Positions 45,873-55,775 of a stretch of DNA of 64,000 nucleotides are shown one piece after another. The DNA is taken from positions 60,027-124,026 of the forward strand of contig DBMU01000036.1 in the NCBI GenBank assembly GCA_002298225.1. Direction: 5' to 3'. Each line of letters begins with the position of its first letter. Within the stretch, counting starts at the first letter, position 1. Made by a program: the position numbers and the translations under genes. The notes below the pieces were generated by a model. The model ran no database searches. It was given only the letters and a program-made list of their open reading frames with translations, and was not told where the DNA came from. Source of the stretch: Bryobacterales bacterium UBA690. Lineage in GTDB: Bacteria > Acidobacteriota > Terriglobia > Bryobacterales > Bryobacteraceae.

Positions 45873-47927
45873 ATGAAGCGTTTGCTCTTTCTTTGCGCGG
45901 TCCTCGGTGCCTCCCTCACTTGGGCGGATGAAGGACTGTGGCCCTACAACCAGGTTCCAAAAACACAGCTTGCGAAGAAGTTCGGTTTCGAACCTGCGCA
46001 GGATTTCCTCGATCATCTGCGGCTCTCGTCGGTCAGGTTCGGCGGCGGCTCCGGCTCGTTCGTTTCTCCGCACGGCCTCATCTTCACGAATCATCACGTG
46101 GCGTCGCGCTGCATTCAGAACGTCAGCTCTAAAGAACACAACTACATGCGCGACGGCTTCGCCGCGGCCTCGCAGGACGGCGAGCTGAAATGCCCAGGCC
46201 TTGAAGTGAACGTCCTGCTCAACATCGAGGATGTGACGGACAAAGTGTCCGCGGCCGTGAAGGCAAAGCCGGACAGTGCGCAAGCCAATCAGCAACGCCG
46301 CGCTGCCATGGCCGCCATTGAGAAGGATTGCGTGACCAAAACGGGCGGCATGTGCAATGTCGTCACGCTCTATTCCGGCGCACTCTATCACCTCTACCAG
46401 TACAGGAAATACACCGACGTGCGGATGGTGTTCGCTCCCGAAGAGTCCATCGCTTTCTTCGGCGGTGATCCAGACAACTTCACCTATCCGCGCTTCGACC
46501 TCGACATCACGTTCCTGCGCGCCTATGAAGACGGCAAGCCCGCCAGTACGCCGCACTATTTGAAGTGGAGCCGCGGCGGCGTGAAGGATAAGGAACTGGC
46601 TCTGGTCTCAGGCCATCCCGGATCCACTGACCGCTTCATTACGCTGGCCCGCTACGAGTATCTGCGCGATGTCAGTTATCCGGCCAACCTGCGCATGCTC
46701 GAATCCGCCATCAAGGTCCTGAAACAGTATGGGGCGCAGAGCGAGGAGAACAAGCGCGTCGCGCGCAGCAAGCTGTTCGGCGCGGAGAACTCCTATAAGG
46801 TGCGCGCTGGCGAGTTCAAGGGATTGCAGGATGCGAAGCTGCACGCGCGCAAGAAAGAACTCGAAGACAATCTGCGGGCTGAGATCGCGGCAAATCCGAA
46901 GGCGCGCGCGGAGGTCGGGCAGGCGTTTGAAGAGCTTTCGAATGCCTATGCCCAGTGGCGCAAGAACTCGAAGGAGTATCTGCTTGAAACCGGATCGGCG
47001 TTCTGCGATTTGTTCGGGATCGCGCGCAATTTGCTGCGGCTCTCCGTGGAGAAGGCGAAGCCCAACGATCAGCGGCTTCGCGAGTACACGGATGCCGCGC
47101 TGCCATCGCTTGAGCTGCGGCTCTATTCACAGGCGCCGATGACGGAGGATTTGGAAGCGCTGATGCTCGCGAATTACTTTGAAACGCTGGTCGCCGAGCT
47201 TGGCGCGGACCATGCCACGGTGAAGGCGATCCTCGTGGGCCGCACACCGGCAGACGCAGCGCGTGAGTACGTCGCAACCAGCAAGCTGAAGGACGTCGCG
47301 GAGCGCAAGCGGCTCGCCGGCAGCACGGAGGTGCTGAACGCGTCGGAAGACGGCATGATCAAGCTGGTCCGCCTGATGGATCCTGCGGCGCGCGCTGTGC
47401 GCAAGATCTACGACGATCATCTCGACGCCGTCGAACGCTCCAGCGCTGCGCGCATCGCTCGCGCCCGTTTTATTCTGCGCGGCGCCAGCGAGTATCCCGA
47501 CGCCACCGGCACACTGCGGCTGTCATTCGGCGCGGTGCGGGGCTATCGCAATTCGAAAGATCAGCCTGTTCCGCCGATGGTGGACTTCGACGGCATGTAC
47601 AAGCACGCCACCGGCGAGGAACCTTTCAAGCTGCCGCAGCGCTGGCTGGACGCGAAGAACTCTCTGGCCTTGAAGGTGCCGTTCAACTTTGTCAGCACCG
47701 CCGACATCATCGGCGGCAACTCGGGCAGCCCCACCGTGAACACGAAGGGCGAAGTGATCGGCATCGTGTTCGACACGAACTACGAGGCCATGCCGAACCG
47801 CTTCATCTACAGCATGGACGAGGGTGAGCGCTGCGTGCACGTCGCCAGCCAGGGCATTGTCGAAGCGCTGCGCAAGGTCTACAAGGCCGAGCGCGTGCTG
47901 GGTGAACTCGGATTCGCGGGGCAATAG
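45873..47927 (+). CDS. Peptidase S46 family dipeptidyl-peptidase (DPP7/DPP11-like), secreted
   Basis: GSFVSPHGLIFTNHHVA (His region) and catalytic Ser in GGNSGSPTVNTKGEVIGIVFD. Signal peptide. Confidence 0.8.
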   Translation: MKRLLFLCAVLGASLTWADEGLWPYNQVPKTQLAKKFGFEPAQDFLDHLRLSSVRFGGGSGSFVSPHGLIFTNHHVASRCIQNVSSKEHNYMRDGFAAASQDGELKCPGLEVNVLLNIEDVTDKVSAAVKAKPDSAQANQQRRAAMAAIEKDCVTKTGGMCNVVTLYSGALYHLYQYRKYTDVRMVFAPEESIAFFGGDPDNFTYPRFDLDITFLRAYEDGKPASTPHYLKWSRGGVKDKELALVSGHPGSTDRFITLARYEYLRDVSYPANLRMLESAIKVLKQYGAQSEENKRVARSKLFGAENSYKVRAGEFKGLQDAKLHARKKELEDNLRAEIAANPKARAEVGQAFEELSNAYAQWRKNSKEYLLETGSAFCDLFGIARNLLRLSVEKAKPNDQRLREYTDAALPSLELRLYSQAPMTEDLEALMLANYFETLVAELGADHATVKAILVGRTPADAAREYVATSKLKDVAERKRLAGSTEVLNASEDGMIKLVRLMDPAARAVRKIYDDHLDAVERSSAARIARARFILRGASEYPDATGTLRLSFGAVRGYRNSKDQPVPPMVDFDGMYKHATGEEPFKLPQRWLDAKNSLALKVPFNFVSTADIIGGNSGSPTVNTKGEVIGIVFDTNYEAMPNRFIYSMDEGERCVHVASQGIVEALRKVYKAERVLGELGFAGQ

Positions 47928-47940
47928 AGCCGGGATACCG

Positions 47941-48075
47941 TACGACCCGCTCCGTTTGATGACGCGCTCAATCCGTTCCACCCTCTTTCTATCTATCGCT
48001 CGCGGCTCTAGCCGTGGCAAAGCCGCGAGCGGCAGCGAGCGGGTTAAGCGCGCTTAAGCCCGTCTCCGACGGAGC
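47941..48075. repeat. REP-like intergenic element, copy D (composite)
   Basis: CGCTCGCGGCT-CTAGCCGTGGCAA-AGCCGCGAGCG hairpin plus GAGCGGGTTAAGCG and an inverted CCGTTCCACCC box. Located between the S46 and M50 genes. Confidence 0.55.
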
Positions 48076-48121
48076 GTGTATGGCGACCGAGTTAGCATAG
48101 TAGCAAGGCTGAGAACGACTA

Positions 48122-48730
48122 ATGCACATGGACTTCACGAGGGCGTTGCTTGACGTCCTGATCTTCTGGATGTTGACGACGCCGCATGAGTTTGCGCACG
48201 CCTGGGTGGCGGATCGTCTGGGTGACGATACGCCGCGGCTGGAAGGGCGCGTGACGCTGAATCCGCTGGCGCACGTGGATTGGATGGGGACGGTGTTTGT
48301 CCCGCTGGTGTCTTCGCTGTTCGGCGGAGTGTTTTTCGGCTGGGGGCGCGCAGTGAATACGAATCCGTCGAAGCTGCGCGGCGGGCCGAACGGGCTGCTT
48401 GCCGTGGCGCTGGCTGGACCGGCCAGCAATGTTGTGTTCGCGCTGGTGCTCGGGTTGATCGGGTTGTTCTGGACGGGAGGCACGCAGATCCTGTTCCGCG
48501 CCGCCTATATCAGCCTGTTCCTCGCGCTGTTCAACATGATCCCAATTCCGCCGCTGGACGGATCGAAGTTTTTGATTGCGGCGCGCATCCCTGTCGCGGC
48601 TTACATCGAGCTGAGCCGGTTTGGATTCATCCTGCTGCTGGTGGTGATGTACTCGACGGGGCTGGGGCGCTGGATTTCCGAGGCGAGTTATATCGGCGCT
48701 GTGCGCCTGTTCACGATGTTCCGAGTGTAA
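48122..48730 (+). CDS. Site-2 protease family (peptidase M50B) membrane metalloprotease
   Basis: HEFAHAWVADRLGD ... RVTLNPLAHVDWMGT. Confidence 0.75.
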   Translation: MHMDFTRALLDVLIFWMLTTPHEFAHAWVADRLGDDTPRLEGRVTLNPLAHVDWMGTVFVPLVSSLFGGVFFGWGRAVNTNPSKLRGGPNGLLAVALAGPASNVVFALVLGLIGLFWTGGTQILFRAAYISLFLALFNMIPIPPLDGSKFLIAARIPVAAYIELSRFGFILLLVVMYSTGLGRWISEASYIGAVRLFTMFRV

Positions 48731-48742
48731 GGATAGAGAGAA

Positions 48743-50641
48743 ATGATACGGAGACTGCTTTTTGTTTTGGCCCTCCCGGGCCTGGTCCTGGCACAGCCGC
48801 CGGCACAACCACCGAAGCCGCTGACGGCAGATCAGGAGCGCGCCGAATACATACGGCAGAACTACACGAAGTTCGAGTTCCAGATCCCGATGCGCGACGG
48901 CGTGAAGCTGTTCACGTCGGTCTATGCGCCGAAGGACCGCAGCCAGCAGTTTCCAATCCTGTTCCTGCGGACGCCCTACACCGTGGCGCCCTACGGCATC
49001 GACAACTATCGCACCAACCTGGGTCCGCGCAGCGAGAAGTTTATGCGCGAAGGGTTCATATTCGCCTACCAGGACGTGCGCGGGAAGGGCCGCAGCGAAG
49101 GGACATTCGTGCACGTGCGTCCGCATATCCCAAACAAGAAATCGAACAAGGACATCGATGAATCCAGCGACACCTACGACACGATCGACTGGCTGGTGAA
49201 GAATATTCCGAACAACAACGGGCGCGTGGGGATGTATGGTATCTCGTACCCGGGCTTCTACGCGGCGCAGGGCGCGATCGATTCGCACCCGGCGTTGAAG
49301 GCAACGTCGCCGCAGGCGCCGGTGATCAACTGGTTCATCGGCGACGACTTCAGGCACAATGGCGTTCTGTTCCTGTCGCACGCGTTCGGCTTCATGGGCG
49401 GATTCGGCCGGCCGAAGGCCGACCAGGCGCTGCTGCCCGGATCGAAGTTCGACATGGACACGCCGGACGGCTACAACTTCCATCTGTCGATGGGGCCGCT
49501 AGCGAACTACGACGAGAGGAATTTTAAAGGCCAGGTGGAGTTCTGGAAAGATCTCGTCGACAACGATACATACAACGAGTTCTGGAAGAGCCGGGATCTG
49601 CGGCCGTACGTGAAGAACATGAAGCCGGCAATGATGACAGTCGGCGGATGGTTCGATGCGGAAGACGTGTTCGGGCCGCTGCGGCTGTACGAGTCGGCGG
49701 AGAAGCAGAACCCGGGCGCGACGAACATGATCGTGGAAGGGCCGTGGAGCCACGGCGGGTGGTCGCGCACCGACGGCACGATGCTCGGCAACGTGAGCTT
49801 CGCGTCGAACACTTCGAAGTTCTTCCAGGACGAGATCGAGTATCCGTTCTTCCTGTACCACCTGAAGGGCAAGGGCGAAGGAGGCAAGCTGCCGGAGGCC
49901 TACGTGTTTGAGACTGGGCGCAACGAGTGGCACAAGTATGACGCCTGGCCGCCGAAACAGGCGCAGGCGAAAACGTTTTATTTCCAGGCGGGCGGGAAGC
50001 TCGCTGCGAAAGCGCCCGAGGCGGGCGGCGAGGGGTTCGACGAGTACACCAGCGATCCGAACAAGCCGGTCCCGTTCGTGCCCTACATCACGCGCGGCAT
50101 GTCGTACAACTACATGACCGACGATCAGAGGTTCGCCTCTACACGGCCCGATGTGCTGACGTATGAGACGGAGGTGCTGGACAGTGATGTGCGCGTGGCG
50201 GGTCCGCTGAAGGCGACGCTGTATGTGTCGACGACGGGCACGGATTCCGACTGGGTGGTGAAGCTGGTGGATGTGTATCCGAACGACGCCCCGGATCCGG
50301 CGCCGAATCCGGAGAACATTCGCATGGGCGGGTATCAGATGCTGGTCCGCGGCGAGCCGTTCCGCGGCAAGTTCCGCAACGGTTTCGATAAGCCAGAGGC
50401 GTTCACGCCGGGCAAAGAGGAGAAGGTGGAGTTCGAACTGCCTGATGTGTTCCATACGTTCCGGCGCGGGCACCGGATCATGGTGCAGGTGCAGAGCTCG
50501 TGGTTCCCGCTCGGCGACAGGAACCCGCAGAAATTTTTGCGGATTCAGGATGCGAAGTCGAGTGATTTCGTGAAGGCGACGCAGCGGGTGTACCGGTCGG
50601 GGGATCGGGCGAGCGGGTTGACGGTGCGGGTGATCGAATAG
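48743..50641 (+). CDS. CocE/NonD family hydrolase (peptidase S15, Xaa-Pro dipeptidyl-peptidase-like), secreted
   Basis: Nucleophile elbow GISYPGFYA, large C-terminal beta-sandwich, signal peptide. Confidence 0.8.
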   Translation: MIRRLLFVLALPGLVLAQPPAQPPKPLTADQERAEYIRQNYTKFEFQIPMRDGVKLFTSVYAPKDRSQQFPILFLRTPYTVAPYGIDNYRTNLGPRSEKFMREGFIFAYQDVRGKGRSEGTFVHVRPHIPNKKSNKDIDESSDTYDTIDWLVKNIPNNNGRVGMYGISYPGFYAAQGAIDSHPALKATSPQAPVINWFIGDDFRHNGVLFLSHAFGFMGGFGRPKADQALLPGSKFDMDTPDGYNFHLSMGPLANYDERNFKGQVEFWKDLVDNDTYNEFWKSRDLRPYVKNMKPAMMTVGGWFDAEDVFGPLRLYESAEKQNPGATNMIVEGPWSHGGWSRTDGTMLGNVSFASNTSKFFQDEIEYPFFLYHLKGKGEGGKLPEAYVFETGRNEWHKYDAWPPKQAQAKTFYFQAGGKLAAKAPEAGGEGFDEYTSDPNKPVPFVPYITRGMSYNYMTDDQRFASTRPDVLTYETEVLDSDVRVAGPLKATLYVSTTGTDSDWVVKLVDVYPNDAPDPAPNPENIRMGGYQMLVRGEPFRGKFRNGFDKPEAFTPGKEEKVEFELPDVFHTFRRGHRIMVQVQSSWFPLGDRNPQKFLRIQDAKSSDFVKATQRVYRSGDRASGLTVRVIE

Positions 50642-50642
50642 A

Positions 50643-51164
50643 TTACTTCGTCGCTGAGTGGAGGAGCCAGAGGAAGACGAAGGTGCCGGCGGCGATGGTG
50701 ACGGCGCGAGGGAGGCCGAGAGACTGTTCGTTGCCGGCCTCGAGTTCAGGGGCGCGGTCTTTCGAGAACATGCGAGTCATGTTGCGGAGGGTTCTCAGCA
50801 GCCGTCCCTTGAAGATGATGAGGACGAGGGCGGCGGTGGCGGCGAGGAGAGCGTCCAGAACAAAAACGACGAACATGTTTTCGGCTCCGGCGAGCGCGCC
50901 GATGGCGCCCATGAGCTTGATGTCGCCGCCGCCGAGCCAGCGCATAAGGAAGATGGGGATGAAGATGAGCGCGGCAAGGCCGAGGCCGATGCTGGCGAAC
51001 TTCAGTCCTTGCCAGCCGTAGAGGCCGGTGTGGAGAACCAGACCCGCGACGATGCCGCCGAGGGTGAGCCAGTTGGGAATTTCGCGACGGCGGACGTCCG
51101 TCGTAGCGGCGGTGAGAACTACGGCGGCGAGAGCCGCCTGGGCGGCGGTTGGTAGTGCAGTCAT
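50643..51164 (-). CDS. A24 family prepilin peptidase (CpaA/TadV-type)
   Basis: Catalytic Asp motifs [11 protein letters not shown] and [13 protein letters not shown]. Five TM helices. Confidence 0.7.
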   Translation of the reverse strand: MTALPTAAQAALAAVVLTAATTDVRRREIPNWLTLGGIVAGLVLHTGLYGWQGLKFASIGLGLAALIFIPIFLMRWLGGGDIKLMGAIGALAGAENMFVVFVLDALLAATAALVLIIFKGRLLRTLRNMTRMFSKDRAPELEAGNEQSLGLPRAVTIAAGTFVFLWLLHSATK

Positions 51165-51184
51165 CGCGAGTTATGATTCAGCGT

Positions 51185-52369
51185 ATGGAATCATTTTCGC
51201 GCAGAATGTTTTTGGGCGCGCTGGCCTCGACAGCGGCCAGCTACTCGCAGATTGTGGGGGCGAATGAACGGCTGAGGATTGGAGTGATCGGCTGCGGCGG
51301 GATGGCGACGTCTCACATCAGGTCGCTGGTGAAGACGCGCCAGAAGGACAACATCGACATCCTGAACGTCTGCGACATCTGGGAGAAGCGGCTGGATGCG
51401 GCAGCGGCGCTGACCGGGGGTAAGAAGGTCAAAGAGTACAAGCGGATTCTGGAGAACAAAGATATCGATTATGTTTTGATCGCCACGCCGGAGCACTGGC
51501 ACGCGCACATGTCGCTGGACGCGCTGGACGCTGGCAAGCACGTGTACGTCGAGAAGCCGATGACGCACACCATCGAGCAGTCGAAGAAGGTGATGGCGAA
51601 GCTGCAGCAGAAGCCATCATTGAAGCTGCAGGTGGGCGTGCAGGGGATGTCGGACAACAGCTACGAGACGGCAAACGAGTACGTGAAGAAGAATGCGCTG
51701 GGCAAAGTGGTGCTGGCGCAGATCGACTACTCGCGCAACTATCGCGGTGACTTCTGGCAGAACAAGCCGGATCCGGATGCGAGGCCGGGAGAGAATCTCG
51801 ACTGGAAGGCGTGGCTGGGACCTGCGCCGAAGCGGGCGTGGGATCCGGAGCGCTTCTTCAGTTGGCGGCGGTATTGGGATTACTCGGGCGGCATCGCGAC
51901 AGACCTCTTCATCCATCGCGCGACGCGGATCATCAAGGCGCTGGACTTGAAGTACCCGTCGCAGGTGGTGGCGACGGGCGGGAAGTTCTACTGGAAGGAC
52001 TCGGTGGCGGAGATTCCCGACACGTTCAACGTGCTGGCGGATTATCCGGAGGGGCTCACGATGCAGCTCGTGTCGACGATGGCGAACGATACTCCGGTGG
52101 AGCACATGCTTCGAGGGAAGGATGCGACGCTGATTTTCACGAACACAGGGTTCACGATCACGCCGCAGCGGGGATCGTCGGCGAAGGCGGTAACGTTTAA
52201 GAAGTCGGGGGCGGAGGAGGTGGAGTTGCATCACCGGAATTTGCAGAATGCAATCCGGAAAGGAGAGGCGTTGAAGTGTGACGCGTCGCTTGGGATGTAC
52301 GGAGTGGCGGTGTGCGAGATGGCGGTGGAAAGCTACCGGAAGCGGAAGTATCTGAAGTGGAAGGTGTAG
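51185..52369 (+). CDS. Gfo/Idh/MocA family oxidoreductase with Tat signal
   Basis: [14 protein letters not shown] twin-arginine signal. Rossmann [17 protein letters not shown] motif. Confidence 0.8.
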   Translation: MESFSRRMFLGALASTAASYSQIVGANERLRIGVIGCGGMATSHIRSLVKTRQKDNIDILNVCDIWEKRLDAAAALTGGKKVKEYKRILENKDIDYVLIATPEHWHAHMSLDALDAGKHVYVEKPMTHTIEQSKKVMAKLQQKPSLKLQVGVQGMSDNSYETANEYVKKNALGKVVLAQIDYSRNYRGDFWQNKPDPDARPGENLDWKAWLGPAPKRAWDPERFFSWRRYWDYSGGIATDLFIHRATRIIKALDLKYPSQVVATGGKFYWKDSVAEIPDTFNVLADYPEGLTMQLVSTMANDTPVEHMLRGKDATLIFTNTGFTITPQRGSSAKAVTFKKSGAEEVELHHRNLQNAIRKGEALKCDASLGMYGVAVCEMAVESYRKRKYLKWKV

Positions 52370-52428
52370 GGACACTACGGCCTCACTCCACGCGAACCGC
52401 CGGCTGACGCCGGCCGTTATGAATCGCC

Positions 52429-52450
52429 CGGGGCCTCCGAGGAGGCCCCG
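52429..52450 (+). terminator. Hairpin GGGGCCTCC-ga-GGAGGCCCC downstream of the Gfo/Idh/MocA gene
   Basis: 9-bp GC stem followed by gtacttggtt (weak T-run). Preceded by a second short palindrome GCCGGCTGACGCCGGC. Confidence 0.4.
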
Positions 52451-52694
52451 TACTTGGTTCAGGCTCATCAGGACTTATGATGGCCGGCACTCTGCGCGAA
52501 GCAGTTGCCTGGATTTAAAGCGGACACCGAAGCATCCGCCGCCCTACTCGCAGGCGATGAGAGGGGACGCGCTGGCCAGCGGTTTGTTTCCCCACAAACA
52601 TTGTCCACCCGGCCGCAAAGCGTTTTTCCGCAAGTTGTTCAAAACAATCTGTCGATTGTTTGTGACGGGGTTTTCTGAAGGTCACAAAGTCACG

Positions 52695-52892
52695 ATGAAG
52701 GCGAGGCTTGAGGAGCTGGTCGAGGCGGGCCTCCTGCTCGTCGAGTTGACGGGTGTAGCGCTGGACGAGGGGCTTTTCTTCCGCGGTACTCTTCAGAGAT
52801 TTGATGTTCTCGCGGAGGCGCTGCTGGTCGTCGAAGATCGAGGCGCGTTCGGCTTCAAGATTGGTCAATTGTACCGGCGGAGGGCGGTATGA
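52695..52892 (+). CDS. Possible small ORF (65 aa) translationally coupled to the downstream amidohydrolase
   Basis: High GC3 codon usage. ATGA stop/start overlap at 52889-52892. No homology evidence. Confidence 0.25.
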   Translation: MKARLEELVEAGLLLVELTGVALDEGLFFRGTLQRFDVLAEALLVVEDRGAFGFKIGQLYRRRAV

Positions 52893-54166
52893 TTGGCGCT
52901 ATGCGAGCAGGGCTGCTTTTGACTGGGATGGTGATGATGATGTCTGCACAGACGCGGTATGACCTGGTGCTCAAGGGCGGGCGAGTGATCGACCCGAAGA
53001 ACGGGATCGACGAGATGATGGACCTCGCGATTAAGGATGGGAAGATCGCCGCCCTGCGGACGGGGATCGAGGCGAGTGAAGCGTCGAGGGTGCTGGATGT
53101 TTGGGGGCTGGTGGTGACGCCGGGGCTCGTCGATATTCACGTGCATTTGTTTTCGACCACGGGAGTTGCGGGTGCGTGGGCGGGGGACAACAGCGTGCGT
53201 CCTGACGATTTCAGTTTCCGCACGGGCGTGACGGCAATGACGGATGCGGGGAGCGCGGGGTGGCGCAATTTCGAGACATTCCGGCACACGGTGATCGACC
53301 GGGCGCAGACGCGGGTGTTCGCGTTCATCAATATTGCCGGGCTCGGGATGCTGACGAACATCGTCGAGCAGCATCCGGAGGACATGAAGCCGGATGAGGT
53401 GGCGCGGCTGGCGAAGAAGCATGGGGATGTCGTGGTGGGAGTGAAGACGGCGCATTTCGAAGGGCCGTCGTGGGTGGCGGTCGAGAAAGCAGTGGAGGCG
53501 GGGCGGCTGGCGGGCAAGCCGGTGATGGTGGATTTCGGGTATTTCCGGCGCGAGCGGCCGTACTGGCAACTGGTGACGGAGAAGCTGCGGCCGGGGGATA
53601 TTTCGACGCACGCGTATCGCGCGCCGGCTCCGTGGGTGGACGAGCAGGGGAAGCTGTATTCATATTTGACCGACGCACGAAAACGGGGAGTTTTGTTTGA
53701 TGTGGGTCATGGCGGCGGGAGCTTTGCGTGGCGCAACGCAGTTCCTGCCGTGAAACAGGGATTCTATCCGGATTCGATATCGACGGATCTGCATACGGGG
53801 AGCATGAACGCCGCGATGATGGACATGCCGACGACGATGTCGAAGTTTCTGGCCATGGGGATGGAGTTGAGGGATGTAGTGGAGCGGTCGACGTGGCGGC
53901 CAGCGCAGATGATTCATCACGAGGAGTTGGAACATTTGACGGTGGGGGCGGAGGCAAATGTGGCGGCGTTCCGTGTGATGGATGGAGATTGGACGTTTTT
54001 GGATACGGACGAGGGGGCGTATTCGGGGAAACAGAGGTTGATGTGCGAGCTGACGGTAAGGGCGGGCAAGGTGGTTTGGGACTGGAACGGGCGGAGCGGT
54101 TTGGATTACCGGACGCTGGGGCCGGAGTATGGGGTGCGGCCGGGGGAGGCGATTGTGCGGCCGTAG
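52889..54166 (+). CDS. Amidohydrolase family protein (D-aminoacylase/dihydroorotase-like), secreted
   Basis: GLVDIHVHLF metal-binding motif, LVLKGGRVIDPKNG N-terminal sandwich, hydrophobic signal-like N-terminus. Confidence 0.8.
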   Translation: MIGAMRAGLLLTGMVMMMSAQTRYDLVLKGGRVIDPKNGIDEMMDLAIKDGKIAALRTGIEASEASRVLDVWGLVVTPGLVDIHVHLFSTTGVAGAWAGDNSVRPDDFSFRTGVTAMTDAGSAGWRNFETFRHTVIDRAQTRVFAFINIAGLGMLTNIVEQHPEDMKPDEVARLAKKHGDVVVGVKTAHFEGPSWVAVEKAVEAGRLAGKPVMVDFGYFRRERPYWQLVTEKLRPGDISTHAYRAPAPWVDEQGKLYSYLTDARKRGVLFDVGHGGGSFAWRNAVPAVKQGFYPDSISTDLHTGSMNAAMMDMPTTMSKFLAMGMELRDVVERSTWRPAQMIHHEELEHLTVGAEANVAAFRVMDGDWTFLDTDEGAYSGKQRLMCELTVRAGKVVWDWNGRSGLDYRTLGPEYGVRPGEAIVRP

Positions 54167-54384
54167 GTCAAGCGGTGAGTCTGTGAGGAGCGGCGGCCAC
54201 GGCGGCTGCGGGTTTGCGGCCGGCTTTCTGGAGTTGGAGGATGTTGCGGAGGGTTTGGTGGAAGGCTTCGTACTGTTGGCGGGAGGCGAGGAGATCGTTC
54301 CAGGCCGAGAGTGACCAGTCGTTGAGCCACGGGTGGGGATCGAGAGGGAGGTCGGAGGCGGCTAGTCCGGCGTGGAAGGCGGCG

Positions 54385-55476
54385 TCAGGCGGGGGTGACG
54401 AGGGTGGAGGTGGGGTTGGAGCCGACTGGAATCATGGTGAAGAGGGGGGCGGATTTGGAGCGGCCGCCGGTGATGGCGGCGATGCGGATGACCGCCATGT
54501 CGCCTGAAGCGCGGTTGAGGACCAGGGCGAACTGCTGGTCCGGGGTGATGGTGATCGCACAAGGCTCGACGCCGACGCCGGTGATAGCTACCACCTTTTG
54601 CGTAGCGATGTCGAATACGGTGACGGAGCCGGCTTCGGGGTTGGCGACGAAGAGGAAGTCAGGCGTCGAAGCCACTGCCATGCTGCCGGGCTTGCGGCCG
54701 GAGAGGGACGTCTGGGCGATCTCGGTGCGGTAGGGGTAGGCGATGACGACGGCGTCGCGACCCTGGCCGGTGATGAAGAGCTGGCCGCCGTCAGGATTCA
54801 TGCACAGAGTGTCGGGGCTGAGGGCGAGGGGCAGTTCGGTCATCACCTGGCGGGAGGCGACGTCGAGGACAGTGAGCAGGTGGCGGCCGCGGCCGGCGAC
54901 AAGGGCGACCTTGCCATCAGAACGGAAGCGCACCGCGCCGAGCGTGTCGTCGAGCTTGATAGAGGCGAGGATGCGGCGGGCGTCCAGGTCAATCAAAACC
55001 GCCGAGCCGTTGTCGAGAGTGATGCAGGCCAGCGGAGCTTTGGGGGAGATGTCGAGGGCGACGGGGGACGCCGGCAGCGGAATCGGCTTCGAATCGAGGG
55101 GGAGGAGTTGGGGCTGGTCGCGGAGGAGGCACCACAGCTTGCCATCGCGGGGGATGACGGTGAGGGGCACTCCGGACAGCTTGATGCTGCGGGTCCGGGC
55201 GCGGGCGCGGGTATCGATCTCCTCCAGCGTGCGGCTGCGGGGACTGACTGCGTAGATCAGGTTCCGGCCGGGGACAGGATGGTGGACGAGATCGGACGGG
55301 GACGCGGGGAGTTCGATGCGCGTACGGACGGCGAAAGCGAGCAGGTCGACGGCGACGACCGAAGACGCGCCCTCGGTGGCAACGAAGGCGGCTCCGCGGT
55401 AGCCGGTGCCGGGCTTGCGGTTGCAGGCGGCGGAGGCGGCCGCCAGGGTTGTGAGAAGGGTACGGCGGGAGATCAC
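54385..55476 (-). CDS. YncE/YVTN-type beta-propeller repeat lipoprotein
   Basis: Lipobox LAAASAAC. Repeated roughly 40-aa beta-propeller blades. Confidence 0.55.
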   Translation of the reverse strand: MISRRTLLTTLAAASAACNRKPGTGYRGAAFVATEGASSVVAVDLLAFAVRTRIELPASPSDLVHHPVPGRNLIYAVSPRSRTLEEIDTRARARTRSIKLSGVPLTVIPRDGKLWCLLRDQPQLLPLDSKPIPLPASPVALDISPKAPLACITLDNGSAVLIDLDARRILASIKLDDTLGAVRFRSDGKVALVAGRGRHLLTVLDVASRQVMTELPLALSPDTLCMNPDGGQLFITGQGRDAVVIAYPYRTEIAQTSLSGRKPGSMAVASTPDFLFVANPEAGSVTVFDIATQKVVAITGVGVEPCAITITPDQQFALVLNRASGDMAVIRIAAITGGRSKSAPLFTMIPVGSNPTSTLVTPA

Positions 55477-55745
55477 AGGAAAGCAGTCGTCTTGATGCCG
55501 GAGACTTCAAAGGTGCGGCGGCAGCGGGCCTGGCCGCACTGCACTTTGTCGTCGAGCAGCACCATGTAGCTCTGAGCCTTGGCGAACTTGGCGCGGTCGC
55601 GCGCGTCGGCGCCGCCGGGCAGGCGGTCCTTCTTCTTCCGGACGAGCCAGCGGAGCTGGTAGTCGCTCATCGTGCGGCAGAAAGGGCAGTTGAGACGCGC
55701 CGGTTTGGTGGCTTGGGATTCAGAGTAGAAAAGCCGCTCGTCCAC
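55473..55745 (-). CDS. Small zinc-ribbon-like protein
   Basis: CPFC ... CGQARC cysteine pairs. ATGA overlap with the downstream beta-propeller gene. Confidence 0.4.
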   Translation of the reverse strand: MDERLFYSESQATKPARLNCPFCRTMSDYQLRWLVRKKKDRLPGGADARDRAKFAKAQSYMVLLDDKVQCGQARCRRTFEVSGIKTTAFL

Positions 55746-55775
55746 GACTACTCATGATTGCACACAATAGAGAAG

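Noticed and set aside
52515-52868. Minus-strand 117-aa ORF with a coiled-coil-like N-terminus
   Set aside because: Only the first 60 codons or so look coding. It would start 20 bp from the divergent amidohydrolase start. The plus-strand micro-ORF with ATGA coupling explains the GC3 signal more economically, but this remains unresolved.
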